Below, in pieces: positions 1 to 64,000 of a stretch of DNA of 64,000 nucleotides. The notes beneath the pieces are model-generated. The model ran no database searches, had not been told where the DNA came from, and was given only the letters and a program-made list of their open reading frames with translations. Location: contig NC_079167.1 of assembly GCF_947568905.1 (NCBI RefSeq), positions 87,544,001 to 87,608,000 on the forward strand, in the 5' to 3' direction. Position numbers and translations under genes: made by a program. The DNA comes from Ostrea edulis. Taxonomy: Eukaryota. The first letter of the stretch is position 1. Every line of letters begins with the position of its first letter.

Positions 1-468
1 AACAGCAGCAAAATGAGACTACAAAATTAAGGATATGGTAAAAAGTTGGGGAGTTCTTAAAGTTTGAGGGTAATAAAAGAAATCAGTAATTGTTTAATGA
101 ACCAAGTTCACTAGTAGTTCTGAAAGTGATTTCAAACTACATGAATTGTTGTGATTAAATTAAAATATGCTGTATGTTACAATTTTACTGTTGCAAATAC
201 ATGAAAATAGAATAAATGCATTTGATCCGTAAATGAAGAACTATAATAGCTCTGATCTGTAGCTCTCTGGGAAAAAATTGGGATATACCAGTCCAACTGT
301 CTCTCTCTCTCTCTCTCTCTGCTTATAATGACTTTTACTTTTTTTTTTCTAACATAGCTATCTCTTTGCCTAGTGATGCAGTATTAACCAGTGTATGGTG
401 CACATTGTATTTACTGCAATTATTTACTGGTACACAGATTGAATTAAAATCATTTTGTCTTGATATAG

Positions 469-63516
<63,048 letters not shown>

Positions 63517-63565
63517 GTATTCTAACTTCTGATTCTGGATCAGAGGCCTTTCTGTATCATGTAAA

Positions 63566-63905
63566 ATTTATACGGTACCAATTTTGATGCACCAGATGTG
63601 CATTTCGACAAATTATGTCTCTTCAGTGATGCTCAACCGAAATGTTTGAAATCCAAAATAACGATACACTTGCTAGAGCTATTATAGGGAAAAACAGTGT
63701 GCCAAAAGTGGAGTCAAATTCGTCTAAGGATAAGAGCTTTGCATGAGGGAGATAATCCTTAATTTTGAAATGAATTTCTAAATTTTATCACAGCAATTAA
63801 ATATACATCCGTATTTTCAAGCTAGTGAAGAAGTACTTAGCTACTGGGCTGTAGAGACCCTCGGGGACTAACAGTCCACCAGCAGAGGCCTCGACCCAGG
63901 GCTCA
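63566..63905 (-). mobile_element. Short non-autonomous retroelement carrying a hammerhead ribozyme (Penelope pLTR/retrozyme-like)
   Basis: Minus strand begins ccctgggtcgaggcctctgctgg; contains an HHR motif; a fragment of the same repeat is at 14871-14908. Confidence 0.6.
63589..63632 (-). ncRNA. Type I minimal hammerhead ribozyme
   Basis: Minus strand: GCAUCA-CUGAAGA-GACA uaauu UGUC-GAAA-UGCAC-AUC/-UGGUGC. Stem I 6 bp (1 G-U), core CUGANGA, stem II 4 bp, GAAA, near-palindromic stem III, AUC cleavage triplet. Confidence 0.85.
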
Positions 63906-64000
63906 TAAACATGAAACACTACATAGTATCTAACCTTTCTGTATCATCAAACACTACATAGTGTCTAACCTTACTGTATCATCAAACACTACAGTGTATC

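Overview
Eukaryotic, AT-rich, repeat-dense genomic DNA. The repeat families resemble those of ostreid oysters (Crassostrea/Magallana-like; inference). The whole window lies inside one + strand gene encoding a DOCK-C family (DOCK6/7/8, DOCK7-like) Rac/Cdc42 GEF. I reconstructed 36 coding exons by hand (469-63516, 5106 nt, 1702 codons, phase-consistent, one GC-AG intron), covering the DHR-1/C2 domain, the helical repeat region and most of DHR-2; the gene extends beyond both ends. Introns hold Helentron-type non-autonomous elements (some with ~166-bp satellite cores), TIR elements/MITEs (often nested), a SINE, a pogo-type transposase remnant and many minisatellites. Standout observations: (1) minisatellite arrays repeatedly built from the gene's own splice junctions, giving tandem decoy donors/acceptors where the exon-proximal copy is the one that preserves the frame; (2) a 3.2-kb non-coding AT-rich insertion with identical 852-bp direct repeats (2385-bp period) and a 13-bp TSD; (3) a type I hammerhead ribozyme motif in a short retroelement at 63.6 kb; (4) a candidate alternative first exon that would give a DHR-2-only isoform. 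No tRNA, rRNA or CRISPR array was found. All alignments and folds were done by eye.
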